From Octopus sinensis (lineage: Eukaryota), in NCBI RefSeq assembly GCF_006345805.1, contig NC_042999.1:90954001-91018000 (forward strand): a stretch of DNA of 64,000 nt, in the 5' to 3' direction. The translations under genes and the position numbers were made by a program. Below, piece after piece: positions 27,076-42,245 of this stretch. The notes under the pieces are model-generated. The model did not search any database and was not told where the DNA came from. It was given only the letters and a program-made list of their open reading frames with translations. The first letter of the stretch is position 1, and the number at the start of each line of letters is the position of its first letter.

Positions 27076-27800
27076 AATAAATAAATAAAACATATGCATA
27101 TATACATACATATATGTACGTACCTAGCTCTACATGTATATATACATGCATATATGGGTACAGGACACCAAAAAAAAAACGTCGAGCACAATGAGAAACG
27201 AAAACATAAACACAAAACCAAGGAAATGGACATTTTTCTTAAACAAGGAAAAAATAGAGTACAGGACATACAAAACAAGGAAAATTCCCCTTCTTCAGTC
27301 GCCTTTGTTTCATCTACTCCACGTTTCGAAGGTCAAAGCGATACATGACTTTAATGAAACTTTTCTTCCCGCGAAAATCAAATTAAATAAAATTTGAGAT
27401 TTTTTTGCGGAGGGGTAAAAATGGTAACAAAAACAGGACAGTAACGACAGTACAAAATATAAACAGTAAAAGACAGGACACGGAGAATAACAGTAACACA
27501 AACAAGAAGGGCTGTTAAGCCGAACGAGATAAAAAATTTTACGAACGAAATTCTTTGAGAACGGCGAGGGAGCAACAGATGTACCGTCTCTACTTGAAAG
27601 TGGCCAGGAGAAGAAAGACAGTAGCAACATTCTCATCATGTGTCCGCGACGGGAGAGAGGAAGAGGAATAAGAGAACGGGAAAGAAAAAAGGGAATGGTT
27701 GTAGAGAAAAGAATGAAGAATGAGAGAGAGAGAGGGAAAGACAGTAAGGTAGAAGAAAAGGAAAGCCAAAAGAATGAAGGCTGAGAAAGGGAGGGGGAGA
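26440..27800. promoter_or_regulatory. CpG-enriched, purine/pyrimidine-skewed unique region; candidate promoter/5' region
   Basis: CG dinucleotides are locally frequent, with long GA-rich tracts at 27640-27810 and no recognisable TE motifs. No ORF support. Confidence 0.25.
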
Positions 27801-27840
27801 GAAAGGTTAAGAGTGCGCATCATTATTAATATTAAGAACA

Positions 27841-27902
<62 letters not shown>

Positions 27903-28807
27903 GTGTGTATTATATATGTGTGTTTCTATCTATCTATATATCTATATAGCTTTTTACAACTGCCTTTCTCTCTCTTTCTCTCTATACACACATACTCTTT
28001 CTAGTCGGGTAGCCAAAGTTTTGATCGCAGAACTTACAGTATTTATGTACACTTTAGTTCCTGCAAGATTGACGTTATTTGAAAAAGCAGACTAGACTCG
28101 TTTCACTAATATATATTTCTCAAATCATTTCACTTGATATCCTAGCTGAAAATACGTCTGAGAAGCAATTTAAGCTGAAGCTGATTGCAGATTCAACTCT
28201 GACATAGAACAGCATCAGACCAATAATTCTTAGAAGGAATAAAAATCAATAAAATAGTTCTACACTTTTTGAAATCGATTTACAGATGTATGTATAGGGA
28301 AAATTTAGAACGTCATACATTTCTACCAGATTATATATTCCTATGGAAAAAAGAACTGCTAGTATTTGTTTTTATTAAACCTAGGGAAAAGGAATCTAAA
28401 GCTTATATTATATAACATAAAGGTTTTCTTTGCTATGATATGAGATATCAAATGAATTGTGAGGGCATATAGTTTATTGCATCAAAGCAATGCCTTACTG
28501 GTACAAGTAGTTTTAAGAAGAAAGAAAGTCATGAATTCAATCTTACTTTGTGTTGAATTAAAAACGTAAAGATCTGTGACAATTACCGAAACAATTTGTG
28601 ATGTACAAATTACTGTGCCTATAATTAATTCCCTCTTTATATTTTGTACAAATGCCCATTCACTGAAGGATATAACCAACTGTTTGACTTTTACCTTCTC
28701 CTTGAGTCGGTGATAGCTATTTCGAAACTCCGCTGATAAACTCATACACCCATCTCATGAGAATCTCCTCTGATCAACTTATGTACCGGTCTCACGAGTA
28801 TCTTTTA

Positions 28808-29038
28808 AATGTTTCAGTCATTTGATTGCGGCCATGCTAGGGAACTGCCTTAAAAGGTTTTTGTCGAACAAATCGACCCAAGAACTGTTCTTTTTTTTAG
28901 GGTTGGTACTAATTTTATCGGATTCTTTTGCCTAACCACTAATTTACGGGGACGTAAGCATACCAATATCGGCTGTGAAGCAGTCGTCACATACACGCAC
29001 ATACAGACACACACACACACACACACCACACACACACA

Positions 29039-29080
<42 letters not shown>

Positions 29081-29247
29081 ATACGACGGATTTCTTTTAC
29101 TTTCTGTCTAACAAATACACGCAGAAGGCTTTGGTCGGTCCGAGGTTATAGTGGAAAACACCTGTCCAAGGTGCAACGCAGAGGGATTGAACCCGGAACC
29201 ATGTGGCTGGTAAGGAAGCTTCCTACTACACAGCCACGCCTGCGCCT
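28808..29247 (-). mobile_element. Group-A SINE, near full length
   Basis: The head on the minus strand is AGGCGCAGGCGTGGCTGTGTAGTA; body shared with other copies. Confidence 0.85.
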
Positions 29248-30188
29248 GTTTTTTTTTGTTTGTTTGTTAATCCTTTAGTAAATATGCCAAATTCGAGATA
29301 TACTTTCAATATAATATTTCCTTTAACATTTTGTATCGGCCGCGTTTTTATGACTAGGATGATCCAGGCTCTCTTAAACTAATTTTCCCTTTAACACTAC
29401 ATTATAATCATTGACTCATGCCGTAAATTAAAGATCTTGTGTTAATTATGCGAGTATACTAAATATTACGCAATAAATATATTGCATCATTTTATCTTAT
29501 GAAGTAAAGTAGGAAAAAAGGTTGCTGCCTTAGCAGATTATGTTTCCGATCGACAACAGTGTTTTCCCTTATATTTCATTTGGGATGCCAAAATAGAACA
29601 TTTAGTGGCTTCGGTTTCCTAAAGCGAATATCAGTATTTTGCAGACAGACAACAGTTTATTTCTAATAAAAGACATTTGAAGTAATTTTATCATAATATA
29701 TGGCCGCTTAGGTTCTATTATTCATTTGAAATATGACAATAAATGTCACAACATTTCATTTCTATGTTACACAAGTTAATGTTGTATGCAAAAATATATA
29801 TTCTTATATTTTCCCAGTAGCATACTTTTAGTTTTCTTTCATGAATGTATATAACGATTTTATGGTAGTATCTGTCCAGTCGGTCTGCTGTTTACTTTAT
29901 ATCGGTGCACTTATTTTTTCTATATATTCATTAATGTGTATCGCAATGTGTGTTGACTGTGGATCGGTCTTTTTATTTCTCTCTCTGTTTATGTACGCTC
30001 ACACACACACGCGCGCACACGCACACATACATACACATATATATAAATGCTAAGGAACATATAGCAGTAAGAGGTACGCAAAAGTTTTATACTTCCGTTT
30101 CGGTTACAGCTGTTTCATAATCCACTCAAAGTTACATCTACTTGGATGTAGACATACATGCAGAGACACACTCATGTGTGTGTGTGTG

Positions 30189-30244
<56 letters not shown>

Positions 30245-30501
30245 ATATATATAATGTGTGTATGTACGTATGCATGAATTTGTTTTGCAAAATTTGCTAA
30301 TATGAAATCCTGACAAGGCAACAACTTACATTGGGAAGATGACATGTAGCATACGGGAACGAACAAGCTGTACTGGTGGGAGCTCAAGTAAGAGAAAAGC
30401 TCCTTAGTGCTCTACCAACACGCTCAAGTAGAACCTAGAGTCTCGGTTAATGACATGGAAGTTAATGTATTATCACGCATAGAACAGAAATGGCACACTC
30501 A

Positions 30502-30544
<43 letters not shown>

Positions 30545-31036
30545 ATATATATATATATGTGTGTGTATGTATATATATGCATGCATTTGTTTTGAAAAAT
30601 TCCTGTTGTAAACTCCTGTGAAGAAACTAGACCACAACACACGCATGCATTTAAATATTAGAAAAACTTGCTGTGAGAGAAATGTAAGATTGTAAATATA
30701 TAAATTCTATGGTTTTGATGACCGGGAAAGGGATGTATTTAATTATTTATATTAACTATATAAACTTATATTTTATTATTTATAGTAAATATATAAATAT
30801 ATATATTTAATTATATTTGTATTAAATAAATAAACATATATTTAATTGTGTTTGGGGAGAGTCATTCTGTTTTAATGCCTTATCAATTTTATGTCTAATT
30901 TGATTATTAATCTCTTATTAATTATATATTTAATTATTTATATTGAATATATAAATATATTCAGTCTTGTTCACTTTGTGTTGTACATAATATAGGGGTG
31001 CCTGTATAAGTATATTTATTTGCGTGGGAACATATA

Positions 31037-32298
31037 CGAGGTCTGATCAATAGGTATCCGGACTGGTGCTACAAAAAGAAAACTACAATCCTACCAATTT
31101 TATATTTAATCTTCTTCAAAGTAGTCCTCTTCGGAAGTGACAAACTTAATCCAGCGCTGCTTCCATTGATGGACGCATTCACGGAAGCTGCTTTCTGGAA
31201 TAATCATCAGCTGCCTCGTCGCATTCGCTTTGATTTTCTGGATGTTCTGAAATCTTCTTCCTTCAAGAGGAAGTTGATTGTTGAAAAGACGAAAATCTTG
31301 CAAGGGGCGAGATATGGGGAGTACGGTTGCTGTCGGACCTTGCGAATGTTGTACCTAACCAAAAATTGATGCTTAATGTACAAGTGCGTTGCCATGGCGC
31401 AATTACCACTCACCAGACGCATGCAATTCTGGCCTTTTCCGACGAATAGCATTCCGCAAAACGTCACGGTAGTACTCCTTGTTTACTGTCTGATCAGGTG
31501 TAGTCAAAGAAAACAGTCAACAGCGTCTTCACACTGTTTCGACTCATTCGGGCTTTCTTCGGCCCTGGGTAGGTTGGTGCCTTCCCCTGCGAAGACTGAG
31601 CCTTTGTTTCGGGGTTATAGACATAGACCCACGATTCATCACCCATTATTACCGTTTTCAAAGAGTTTTCATTCCCCTCGACCCAATCAAAGAGATCTTG
31701 TGCGACTGAAACCCGAGTGTCTTTTTGGTCAGCTGTAAGCAGTTTTGGCACAAACTTTGCAGACTCGAATGTCATGACCAATTCTTCAGTGATAAGGGAC
31801 TGAACTGAATCGTAACTAATCTGCACATCTTCTGATAACTCACGGATGGTGATTCGACGATTTCCTCTCATGGCTACACGCACATCTGTGATGTTTTCTC
31901 CTTTCTGCTAGTTGCGGTTCTTCCAGAACATTCGTCACTATCGATATTTTTCGGCCATCTTGGAAATGTCTGAACCACTCGTACACTTGTGCATCCGCTC
32001 ATATACTCCTCTCTATACACTTTCTGCAACTTTGCGAAGGCTTCTAAGCTGGTCTCGCTAAACTTTTAGCAAAATTTGATGCAGATTCTCTACTCAACTT
32101 TCTCTGTCGTGGTTAATGCAACGATCACACGCTACACACCTTCATTCCAAGCACTACTGTAAACAGTGAGCTAGAACGGTGAAACTTAGTGCGCTTGCGC
32201 AACAGTGGTCAAGGTCAATCTGCGCGAAGCGGCTCTACGCTGCGTGCTTTAGCTTCGTTACTATGGCAACAGTCCAGATACTTACTGATCAGACCACG
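31037..32298 (-). mobile_element. Full-length decayed mariner (Tc1/mariner) transposon
   Basis: TA-flanked TIRs CGAGGTCTGATCAATAGGTATCCGGACTG / CGTGGTCTGATCAGTAAGTATCTGGACTG. Transposase pieces FVPKLL, GDESWVY and QPYSPYLAPC, with stops and frameshifts. Confidence 0.93.
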
Positions 32299-32836
32299 TA
32301 TAATTGTACATCACTTTAATTTCGTACTTCCTTATGTTCTCCTATTTTTCAAGTTTTAACCACTTCCCTCTACTTTAGCTATCGTGGTTTGAAGTAATTT
32401 TCTCACTGACTTCCTACTTAAATTTGTACAATTCTTCGTCGTAGCTTTGTCACTTTTGCTTGTCAGCTTTTCAAATAAACTTATTTGATGGTTAAATATC
32501 TTCTGAACAAATCCATTACCCCAAATTCTCAATCGAAGGCATAAAGCGGCGAATTCTTATATTCTACAAGTCTTACTGAAAAATCTACTTCCCCAATGTT
32601 CAGAACTTTATATAGAAGAATTTTTGCTGATACACTTTTACCGTGCTTATATGTATATTACATAAATAATTTTGTTTATTGATGGATTTCAGTTTATTTT
32701 TAAATACAGAACCTGTGTTTAAAATGTTGATAGTTTACCTAAGCAGGTTGTTAAAACAGTGTCAGCTAAGCGAAGCGTTTCATAACATTTTCACAGTGTA
32801 CCACTGTGTGTATGTATGTACCGTTATGTGTATATA

Positions 32837-32893
<57 letters not shown>

Positions 32894-35800
32894 TTTATAT
32901 GTATATGTGTGTGTGTATTATGTATGTATGTATTTGTATGTGTAACGAAATAGCTGCTTCTCTGTTTAGATATCGCAATATCTGTTTACTCATCTATACG
33001 TATTTGTTTATTTATTCTTTTAGTTTCATAGGAATCTCTAAAGAATAGGTCTTATTAGATTTCTTATATACTTCAAAATCGATCATAATATATATTTGAT
33101 AACAGAAATCGTGAATGAAAAAAAATATCTAAAAAGGATGTTTCGTCAACATATTGTGTGAATTATCGTCCTAGATCAAATAACATGATTTCCTGACATC
33201 TATGATGCTAGTCAAGTAAACTGTTTAATCTTCACTCGAATATCTTCGAGCGTGTTATGAAATATTTATTGTGAGCCAACCTCCAACAATATATTCAGCT
33301 CAGCATATAGATCCACTTTCCATGAGAACAACATAATATTGTCTACTAAAATGGACCGTGTGTTTGTAAGAACATGCCGTTAATTACAGCGTGTCGAGTG
33401 TTATACCATGAAAATCTTTCTTCAAAAGCCACATTGTTATTTACAGTCAGATCTTCAATGAATAGCTTGCATGAATATTTTATTATTGATTTCTTAAATG
33501 ATAAAACTATTAAAGCAACTTCATTTCGTTAACTGTCTCCAAGATCTGTATTATTCCGCTTCCTATTTTTGTGTGTATGTGACACTGTTAAATAGATCTT
33601 TCAAGTTGGAAGGGGAAGAGTTATACCGAGTGAAGTGGCTGGTAAAAGGTATGAGGGGGTAAAGGTTACAAAAAGGACAAATATGAAATGCTTCACATGT
33701 TTACACAGGTGATATACTGACAAATGTAACAACTTATTAAAGCGGTTGGGTGACAGACAGGAATATGATTGATGACATGTTAATGGTTGAAGAACGTAGT
33801 TTCGAAGTGAACTAAAATTTATTGTTTTTAATTTCTCAATCGTTTAACGCATATACCCTCAGAGAAAATAATTGTCGTCTACTAGTTAACGAAAAGTTGA
33901 CACTTTTATATTTTTTGATTTTTCTACAACTTTACAAGAACTGAACCTTCTATATTTGTATATAGATAGTGATAGCAGAAAAGAGCTAACGAAATATCAT
34001 AACGAAAAGGTTTAGGGAACAGGTAAGACAAGAGGTGAGAAAAAAAATTAGATTGAGCTGGACAGTAGCAGTTGAGAAGAGAAAATATGAATGAAAATTA
34101 ATGATAAGAAAGCAGGAATCGCATAGCTGAACTCTACAGCATTGGTGAAATGAATATTCTATAAAATCTTTGTGTGATTGCCTTAGTCTGTAGATTTGAA
34201 AGATTTTCTTCGAGAAAACAATGCAAAATAGACCTCTTTTGATTGAAATATTAAGAATCACACTTGTTTCATTAATCTGCTTCATTTAGAACAAAAGTGC
34301 TTACAGGTTTAGAGTTGAGGACCTTGTTCGAATGTAAGGCACAAACTAACTACACGGCACTTTGCTCTAAAAATAAATATCCACGCTATAGTCAGTCGCA
34401 TATATTATAGACACTTGGAAAACTTTGCAACACCAACTGAAAACTGAATGCGTTCAACACTCTTTATTAGATGTTGTAGTACTTAATTAAGAACGCCGAT
34501 TGTAGTTCGTCAGGTAAAATCGATCTTAGTTTCTTGTCGAAGAATATAACTGGATAATGGATAATCTCAATGTACCACAAGAAAAAAATTTGAACTAAAA
34601 ATTCCAGTCATACTAGGTGAATTTGTTTTAGTTCACGTACTCAGACACAAATATTTCAAAACGCTATATCAGTAGCAGTAAAATGTTGTAAAGTGGATGT
34701 CTTTTTTAAACAGCATAATTAATTCTAGAAACCTAGGAAGAGCTAACATGAATCTAAAACAATGAAAACGGACCCAATGAAACCCGATTGTCATCTTAAA
34801 GCCCTCTTAAAATATATCAAGGAAGGCACATGCTTGGCGTCCCAGTTGCTCGGCAGTAAGTGAATTTCTGTAAAGAAGCACAATGCACCGCTACATATTG
34901 AATATTCTTCGAAGGGAAGGTGTAATTAAAAACGCTGTTAAGATCGATAGATCTGCATTTGCATACATTCTTAAAGAAACCATTCCACTGCAAAATTTTT
35001 GTGGAACGTTTGCTATACACGCACCATATAAAAATACCATTCCCGATTCTTGTATGAAAAATACAACACGAAGAATGAATTTCTAAACAGCGTCCGAGAA
35101 GCGATATTGCTCAGTGAAAATACTTACCCAAGATACCGAAGAATCAATCAGTTCGAATTACAGGGGGATGCCATTTTGTTGACAGTCGTATGCTATCCTT
35201 ATGAAGAAATTCCATGTGCCTATTTATAGATTTGATAATATGGTTCTCAATTAAAAGCATAATAGGTCTTTGAATACGTCTGCTAATATCATGACAATGC
35301 ATCTATGCAAATAACATGCAATGTTCCTATCAGTACATAGTAAACTCAGCAACTTCAAGACGATGTAATTTAGTTCTATCGGTGCTGAAAATATGTCTGA
35401 CCTCCTGAAAGTCATTTGAGGGTTAATGTAGTATTAGGAATATAAAATATTTTACATAGTCTATATATTTGTCGTTCATTTTCCAGATCAACAAAGCGTG
35501 TATTTTGAAAGCCATACGGCCGATATAGACATTACACTGCATGGTTCAAGCTCAACGTTAAAATTCTAAGTTAACGTCAGTACCTATACTTTGAAAATCC
35601 TTTATATTGTGTTCAACAACCTGGTACAAAAGTCAAACAGTTGTTACAAACCGCATGTTTTCGTTGAGTTCGAAAATTTTTATCTTCATCTGCTGCTGCT
35701 TGACATTCCATGAGCAAGAAACGATGAAATTTTGAGAACAAATTAAAGAGAAATTATGCCAACTTTTAAAGATGCTGGTATTTAGCTAGAACTAGCAATG

Positions 35801-36019
35801 CATCCCAGCATTTCTCGGGTGCTATGACCTACAAGCACTTTGAAACATTGAATTATTTGCTCCTTTCTTATGGGCAGAATCGGCACAGCTGATTTGAATG
35901 CAACACTTCGTAATTTTGGTTCAAATTGAAAGTGTGAAACTAATTTTATTTTGTAATGAAACCTGGGCGTTGTAGAGAAGTGCATTTGAAATAACTATAG
36001 CTGGCTATTGAGATAACGT

Positions 36020-36620
36020 AGAAAATATGTAAATGAAAACAAAGTTTATTTGACATGTGCAATTGATTTGGTTGTTCTGGAAGGCGGCGAGCTGGCTGAA
36101 TCGTTAGCATGCCAAGTAAAATGCTTGAGCGGTATTTCGCCTGTTCAAATGCCGCCGGGGGTCAACTTTGTCTTTCATCCTTTCCGGGTCAATAAATTAA
36201 GTACCAGTGTGACATTGTGGTTGATGTAATCGACTGGTCCCCTCTCCCGAAATTTCAGGCCTTGTGCCTATAGTAGAAATGATTTGATTGTTCTGATCTC
36301 AACATCAGTTGGTAAGAATAGAGGTCATTTGATGACACCCTTTTGTTTGTAATTGGCTATCCTAATGCAGGTTCAAACCGGGGAATATTGAAAAGATACC
36401 CATCTTTGCCATTCCACAGAATAAGATTATACTGCAGAGCATCATAAGAGGAATGGGTCTGTCAAACACGTTTAAGGTTGTTATCTTGAGCACGAATGTG
36501 AATATCATGATTTTCAATGGGATCACCAACCATAAGGATGGCTAGTTTATTAGATGTGAGCTCATTAAAACAGCGTAAAATGTTCTTTACTATAGTTTAC
36601 TTTCGACGTAACGAACGCAG
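36020..36620 (-). mobile_element. Helitron Rep/helicase fragment interrupted by a SINE
   Basis: Minus strand: EH..RCFNELTSNKLAILMVGDPIENHDIHIRAQDNNLKRV*QTHSSYDALQYNLILWNGKDGYLFNIP...KRVSSNDLYSYQLMLR, matching the Helitron motif HRSYDALQYPLIFWxGEDGY. Confidence 0.8.
36081..36280 (+). mobile_element. Group-B SINE with 15-bp TSD
   Basis: GATTTGGTTGTTCTG (36065-79) / GATTTGATTGTTCTG (36281-95) flank the SINE. Confidence 0.9.
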
Positions 36621-39600
36621 AAACACACACACACACACAAACACTCATAGAATTGATAATATTGAAAACAACAAAAGCTAAACACATGAAGTTCAAACGA
36701 AACGAAATGTAATCAATATAGATGCAAAATATACTTTCTGTAGCATAGTTAAGCTATAAAAAAAATAGAAAGTCATCAATTTAGCAAAAATTAGTATGCG
36801 TCAACAATGTAAGAAAGTACGGAAAGTCAACAGTTATTTGGAACATATACTAAATGTTATATAATTCACGATTGAATGAATGTCACGGTGAAGGAAGTGA
36901 AAGTTAAAGAAAATTCAGAAGGCATAATTCAGTTTTACATGCAAAAATAATATGTTTTACAATTTTGAAAGGAGCACTGAACCAAGTGTATAAAAAGGAA
37001 GATGCTGTTTATGAACTGTGTAACATTATAGGCTGTAGAATAAATACTGAGTAATGCAGTAAAAAGGTTGTGTGACGTTGACACTCACAGTGATGAAGAT
37101 TACAAGAACTGTAAGAAAACAATATCTTGAAACTGGTTAGATGGAGTAACATAACATTTCTGTAATTATTTTGAAAGAGCCGCTGAGGTTTTTCTACTTC
37201 GCCAAGTTCCCGAATAGTAACCTGAATAATATTTTTTTCAGATATATTTGCGAGCGTTGTGCGTGGTGTTAAATCAGTCTAATCTTCATATTGGTAGTAT
37301 TTGACAGTGAACGTTGTTGTTCGTTTAAAGTCCAGGCCGCAGGTAATCTTTCGATATCAGCGCTTTTCAATCTTGGGGGCGGAGAAGTTACATACATAAA
37401 GTAAGAAAGAGAAAGATACACACACACGCACACACACACGTACATTAAGGTATACATGAATCCTATCTCTATCCCTGTGTGTGTCTATCTCTCTCTTTAG
37501 ATATATGTGTGTGGGCGTGTGTCAGACGTCAAAGAAATGTATGTATACGCTCAGACAGAAACACCGTCATATACATACTTGACAGTCATCGGCCTAACGT
37601 ACGTAACGAACGCACGAACACATATAGAAAATGTGACGTCATCGCCGTTGTGGTGGTGGTGGTGGTAAAAGATGTTTTTTACAATAGATGACTAAAAGAA
37701 AAATGATAATGTTAAATTTTCGCAATGCAAATAAGTGAATGAAAATATAGCTTATTTGGTAGCCAAAAGCTTACTGAATCTTTTGATACCCCAGACGTCA
37801 AAAACGGCAACTCGGTTTTGGAATGCATAAGGAACATACGCGCTCACACACACACACATACACACACATACACACACACACACACACTCGCACACAGACG
37901 AAATCTCTTTCATATATATATATATATAGATTATTGGAAAATAGTGGCAAGTTCGAAAATATTTTAGAGGAAGGATCAATATTTAGAAAGCCACCACAAC
38001 TTAGAATAATTTTGGCAGCTATTTCTGCCTTTTGCAATTCTTAAAATGGAAATCAACTTTGGAGATCTTTCAAAAAAAAAAAAAGAAAAGAAAAACACAA
38101 ATAAACAATTGTAAAATGTTACACAGAGAACAGGAACGAGCAGCAGAAACTTTGCTCAGATGAAGTGAATAAAGGTTAAACCAGAAATGGAGCAAATTTT
38201 TCCGAGATTAGAACTAGCAGGAATGCGGTGGGAATTTAGGAATATAAAAGAATTAATACTGCAACTTTATTCTGGTGAATTAAATCATAGGGATAATGAA
38301 GAAAGACTCATTGCTATTGTAGTTTTAGGTGCTGTTTTAAGTGTTTCATAAAGATGCTTCCAAAAGAAGCTTATTCAAAGAATATTAGCATTTCCCAACA
38401 GGAGAAATATTAATGTTTCAAATGCTCCCTGAAGAGTTATTGTTACTAAGTTATTGTCAAGAGGTAAAACATTACATAGTTTATATAAAATATCCTTAAT
38501 CGATATAAACATTTGTACTATATATCCTACCCCTGAGCAAGAAGGTATCTGAAAGAGTCAAGATTGAATTCTTGTAGATGAAGTATCATGATTACAGTGC
38601 CATTTATGATACCGATAAATGCCGTCAAGATACTTATGCTATCATTAGCATTTTGAGAGGATATAACTTTCTATTGAGATGGATTTTCATGCAAATGTTA
38701 TCTATTCTCTCACATGTAATAAAGGCTGCTAGTTTTGTTATATGCCACCTCTCCAACAGTTTTTCACGTAATACCCCTGAGGTAAGAGTATGGGACCACT
38801 GGAAAGAGGATTTTGCAGATTTGTGGCACCCCCACCTTAGAAAAAGTATTAGCATAGATGATGTTGGTGTATCATCGTCTTCATACAACGAAAAACACTA
38901 ATTCTATTATTAGGGAATCATCTGAAGACAAGAAGCGATTATGTGTGATGTCTTCCCATAAGGCCACCAATTGTTGTTATTTAACCGTAGAGATTTTAGA
39001 ATCACTACGAGGAAATGTCTAAACGCATTGTAGTATAGATTTAGTATAGATTTTAGTATAACATTTAGTATAGATTAATGGCTAGCGATAATCAAGCTGA
39101 TAATGAACGCTACACAATAGAATTATTCAACTCATTTACTTCATCTAGAATTCCAATAAATTAGTTGTAATGCTATTACGCAAGAGCTTTGTAATAGAAC
39201 TAGACTTGAAATTGTTAACTTACATCGTAATTACATTGAAGAACCTGTTAATAAGTGGTGCTTGGCAAATAGGCGTGCATTATTACTTAAAGTTAAAATG
39301 GCACCGAATGATTCAAATAATCGTTATACTTGACAATGTACTCAGTTTCGTATGATCTAAACTTGTTCAATGATAATGAATAACCGCAGGATGAAACATT
39401 TAATATGATTGGCATTTATTTATCACAACCAGTGTTTAGTCATGAAGACTTGCATTCTGTAGGCTTACTAAATTAAATGGTATTGTTATGGAATTTAGCG
39501 CAATATATATGGAAAAACAAGGGGGAAATCATCACTAAAATATTGAATGGGAGAATATTAGATTGATGGTACAAATATAAATTGATAATAATGAATGGTA

Positions 39601-41524
39601 TCAGAACGATGCTACTGATAATTAGATTGCTATATCAGTGTGATATTAATGATAATTATTTATTATTATCATATATAATTAATTATCAGGTACTGAGGCA
39701 AAATGAAATAATTGTATTTATGTTCTCATCTATTCCGTCACAGATAATGAATGTGCTCACTGAAATAGTGAGTGATTGTCCAACTCTATGCCTGCATAAT
39801 TATATTATCTTCGCTGCTAACAACTGTGGAATGTATACGAGTGCAGCTTACACTACTATTAGTTATCTATATTTATTAATTAATTTCTATTTTGCATTAA
39901 GAAATATTGCCTGAAATATTTTGGTGCAAGGGAATATTCCTTAAACCAATTTGAAATTGCTTGAAGGTTTTATTGGCAATTCTTTGTCTCGGTTATAGAT
40001 TAAGAGAAAATTTTATTACAAACTTGTCGGGGTGTCAACGAATATTTCGTATGATTTCTGTCTTGAAGATGTGTACTAAACAAACTTTCTATCAAATTAT
40101 GAAACTCCACATTAACTGACCGTTTCCTAATTTATACACACACATATCACAGAGGAAGAGAGACAGAGACGGAGAAACAGAATTTTAATATCTTTCAAAT
40201 GTCTAGCACTAGTTTCACAACCTAAAGGATTGTGTACGGTTTGGCTTTATGTATGGAATGTAGCCTACTGAAAAGAGTTCAGTCATACCTACGCTCTAGT
40301 TGCCAGACTCTCTAGAATTGCTTAAAATTTGAGAACAAGCGCGAGATGCAACAACGACAACATCGGCAAATTCGAAAATATAGAGTACGTCAGCGGTAGT
40401 AGGTCTTAGTCTAAAATGTAAAGCCTTATTTACAGTAATTAGTTTCATCCATCCATTTTCTGAGGTCTGGTAGCTTGACTTTGTAACATTTCTTGAAATT
40501 CTATTGTGTCCTGTCGTGTACAGAGAGAAATATTGCTACCGAGACTGAATATCTGATGGATTCGTCTTTTCTTAAGTTACCGTGAACCAAAAATCAATGT
40601 TAGAAATAATAATCTTCACCAAATTCATATTCTGTTTGAGCCCCATTTGACTGTTACACAAAATGTTGTTAAGTTAAACTGATAGTTTTTTTTTGTTGTT
40701 TTGTACTATGTCATTTCTGATCGCGAAAACTTCGAACCAAAGATGTTGTAGCCATGGGTCTCTCAGAATTATTTTCAGGCCAATATAATATAGTTTTTCA
40801 TTACAGTTTTAAAACGGTAAGGTGGAATGTTAAAGAAATTTTGAAGCAATTCAATTTTCATGTTTGGTTTCGAGGAAAAGGTTGTACCAACCATCTTCAA
40901 AGAGCGATGTTTGTTGTGGCGTCCATCTCAATTGCTCATTGCTCTGAAAATGTGGTTGTGTTATGTCATTTTTTAATAACCATTTCTGTTAATCTATCAT
41001 CTAACCTATATGTACAGTGACATTCTAAATGCCAATATTTTGAATAGCCTGTGCGAAAGACGAACTTTCCGATACATCATTTCCACCCCACTATTATTAA
41101 TTATTAGTACACATCACTTTTCCAAGAAAATCAGTATCTAATATATATGGAATGTTACAGATTATAGAAAGTGTGGAATACTAGACCAGCAATGCTTTTG
41201 TTTAAAATATTACTTTTGGTTAGAATCAAACCATGACCTACTTTGATTTGTATTCTGTCCTACTAGTTTAAAAGTTAACTAAGTTAAATTATAGTCTCAT
41301 CTGAAAGGAAAGTGGTTATGAATCTTCGAGAAGAACTAATATTTTATATCTGCAGTCTCTTAAAAGCCATATGTTTTATTTTTTACTCGTCATTTAACAG
41401 TTTTCATGCCTAAAATTCTCAGCGCTATATAAACATTATTTTGTTAAAAATCAATATTTCAAAATTTAAATATTCTATTTTTCAAGAACTGAATATTCAA
41501 AAAGCAGTAAAAAATTAGTTCTAA

Positions 41525-41660
41525 ATTAGGCACAAGACCACGTGTTCGAAGGCAGAGAAGGGGTTAGTCGACACCATCGACTTAAGTACTACTTTATTTT
41601 ATCGACCCTGAATAGATAAAAGGCAATGTCGACCTCGGCAGGCTTTGCATTTATAAGATA
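41525..41660 (-). mobile_element. Group-B SINE fragment
   Basis: ggcacaag...gtcgac...ttttatcgaccct...aaaggcaatgtcgacctcggc. Confidence 0.7.
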
Positions 41661-42245
41661 AAATGTCGAGGCAACAAAGTAACACATTTTCCGGCACTGT
41701 AACGATTCAATTAAAACCAGCATCCTTTAAGCGTAATAAATAATACTTTGTTCTTAAACTAATGGGAAATTACTTGAAGGTTTTACAAGCGTAACATTGT
41801 CTTGATAATAGATTCAGAGCAAAATTTTATACAAATTTATCGACGCAGCAAACATTTTGTATGATATCTATCTTGAAAAGGTGTATCAAACTTCTTTGAT
41901 ATTAAATCATATAACTCCATATTAACTGACCCTGAAATATTTTCCGACGTTTTAACGACCCAGCCAAACAACCACCCTTTATTTGTAGCAAGTATTCAGC
42001 TGCAATTACATTCTCAGTTCTAATCAAAATATGATATACTTCACCACCGTCTAACCCTCCGCTTAACATGAAATATCATTAATTTACTGTGATCTATTTA
42101 CCGGTGCCTTTATATTACGGGAAATGGATACTTTAACATTTGAGGTGAAAGACGTTGCGCTTTTTATGAATTTGGCTTGTACTTTTTGTATTGTGAATTC
42201 AAATTCCTCCGAGGTTAACATCATGCTTTATTCTTCTGTTGTCGA

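Noticed and set aside
33597-33649. Possible small exon (tag|...AAAAG|gtatga; SFKLEGEELYRVKWLVK)
   Set aside because: Too short. Phase compatibility with the 22151 segment can be chance, and there is no other support.
34773-34855. Short open frame ending at a strong donor (GGCA|gtaagt)
   Set aside because: No homology and an upstream in-frame stop; donor-like 6-mers are frequent by chance.
37085-37142. GTGATGA-agat...atct-tGAAActggtt, PLE-hammerhead-like
   Set aside because: The core C3 is mutated and stem I is unpaired; at most a very decayed relic.
38578-38781. ORF MKYHDYSAIY...TPE ending GAG|gtaaga
   Set aside because: No recognisable family. The minus strand has a GVPQ-like echo suggesting a decayed RT.
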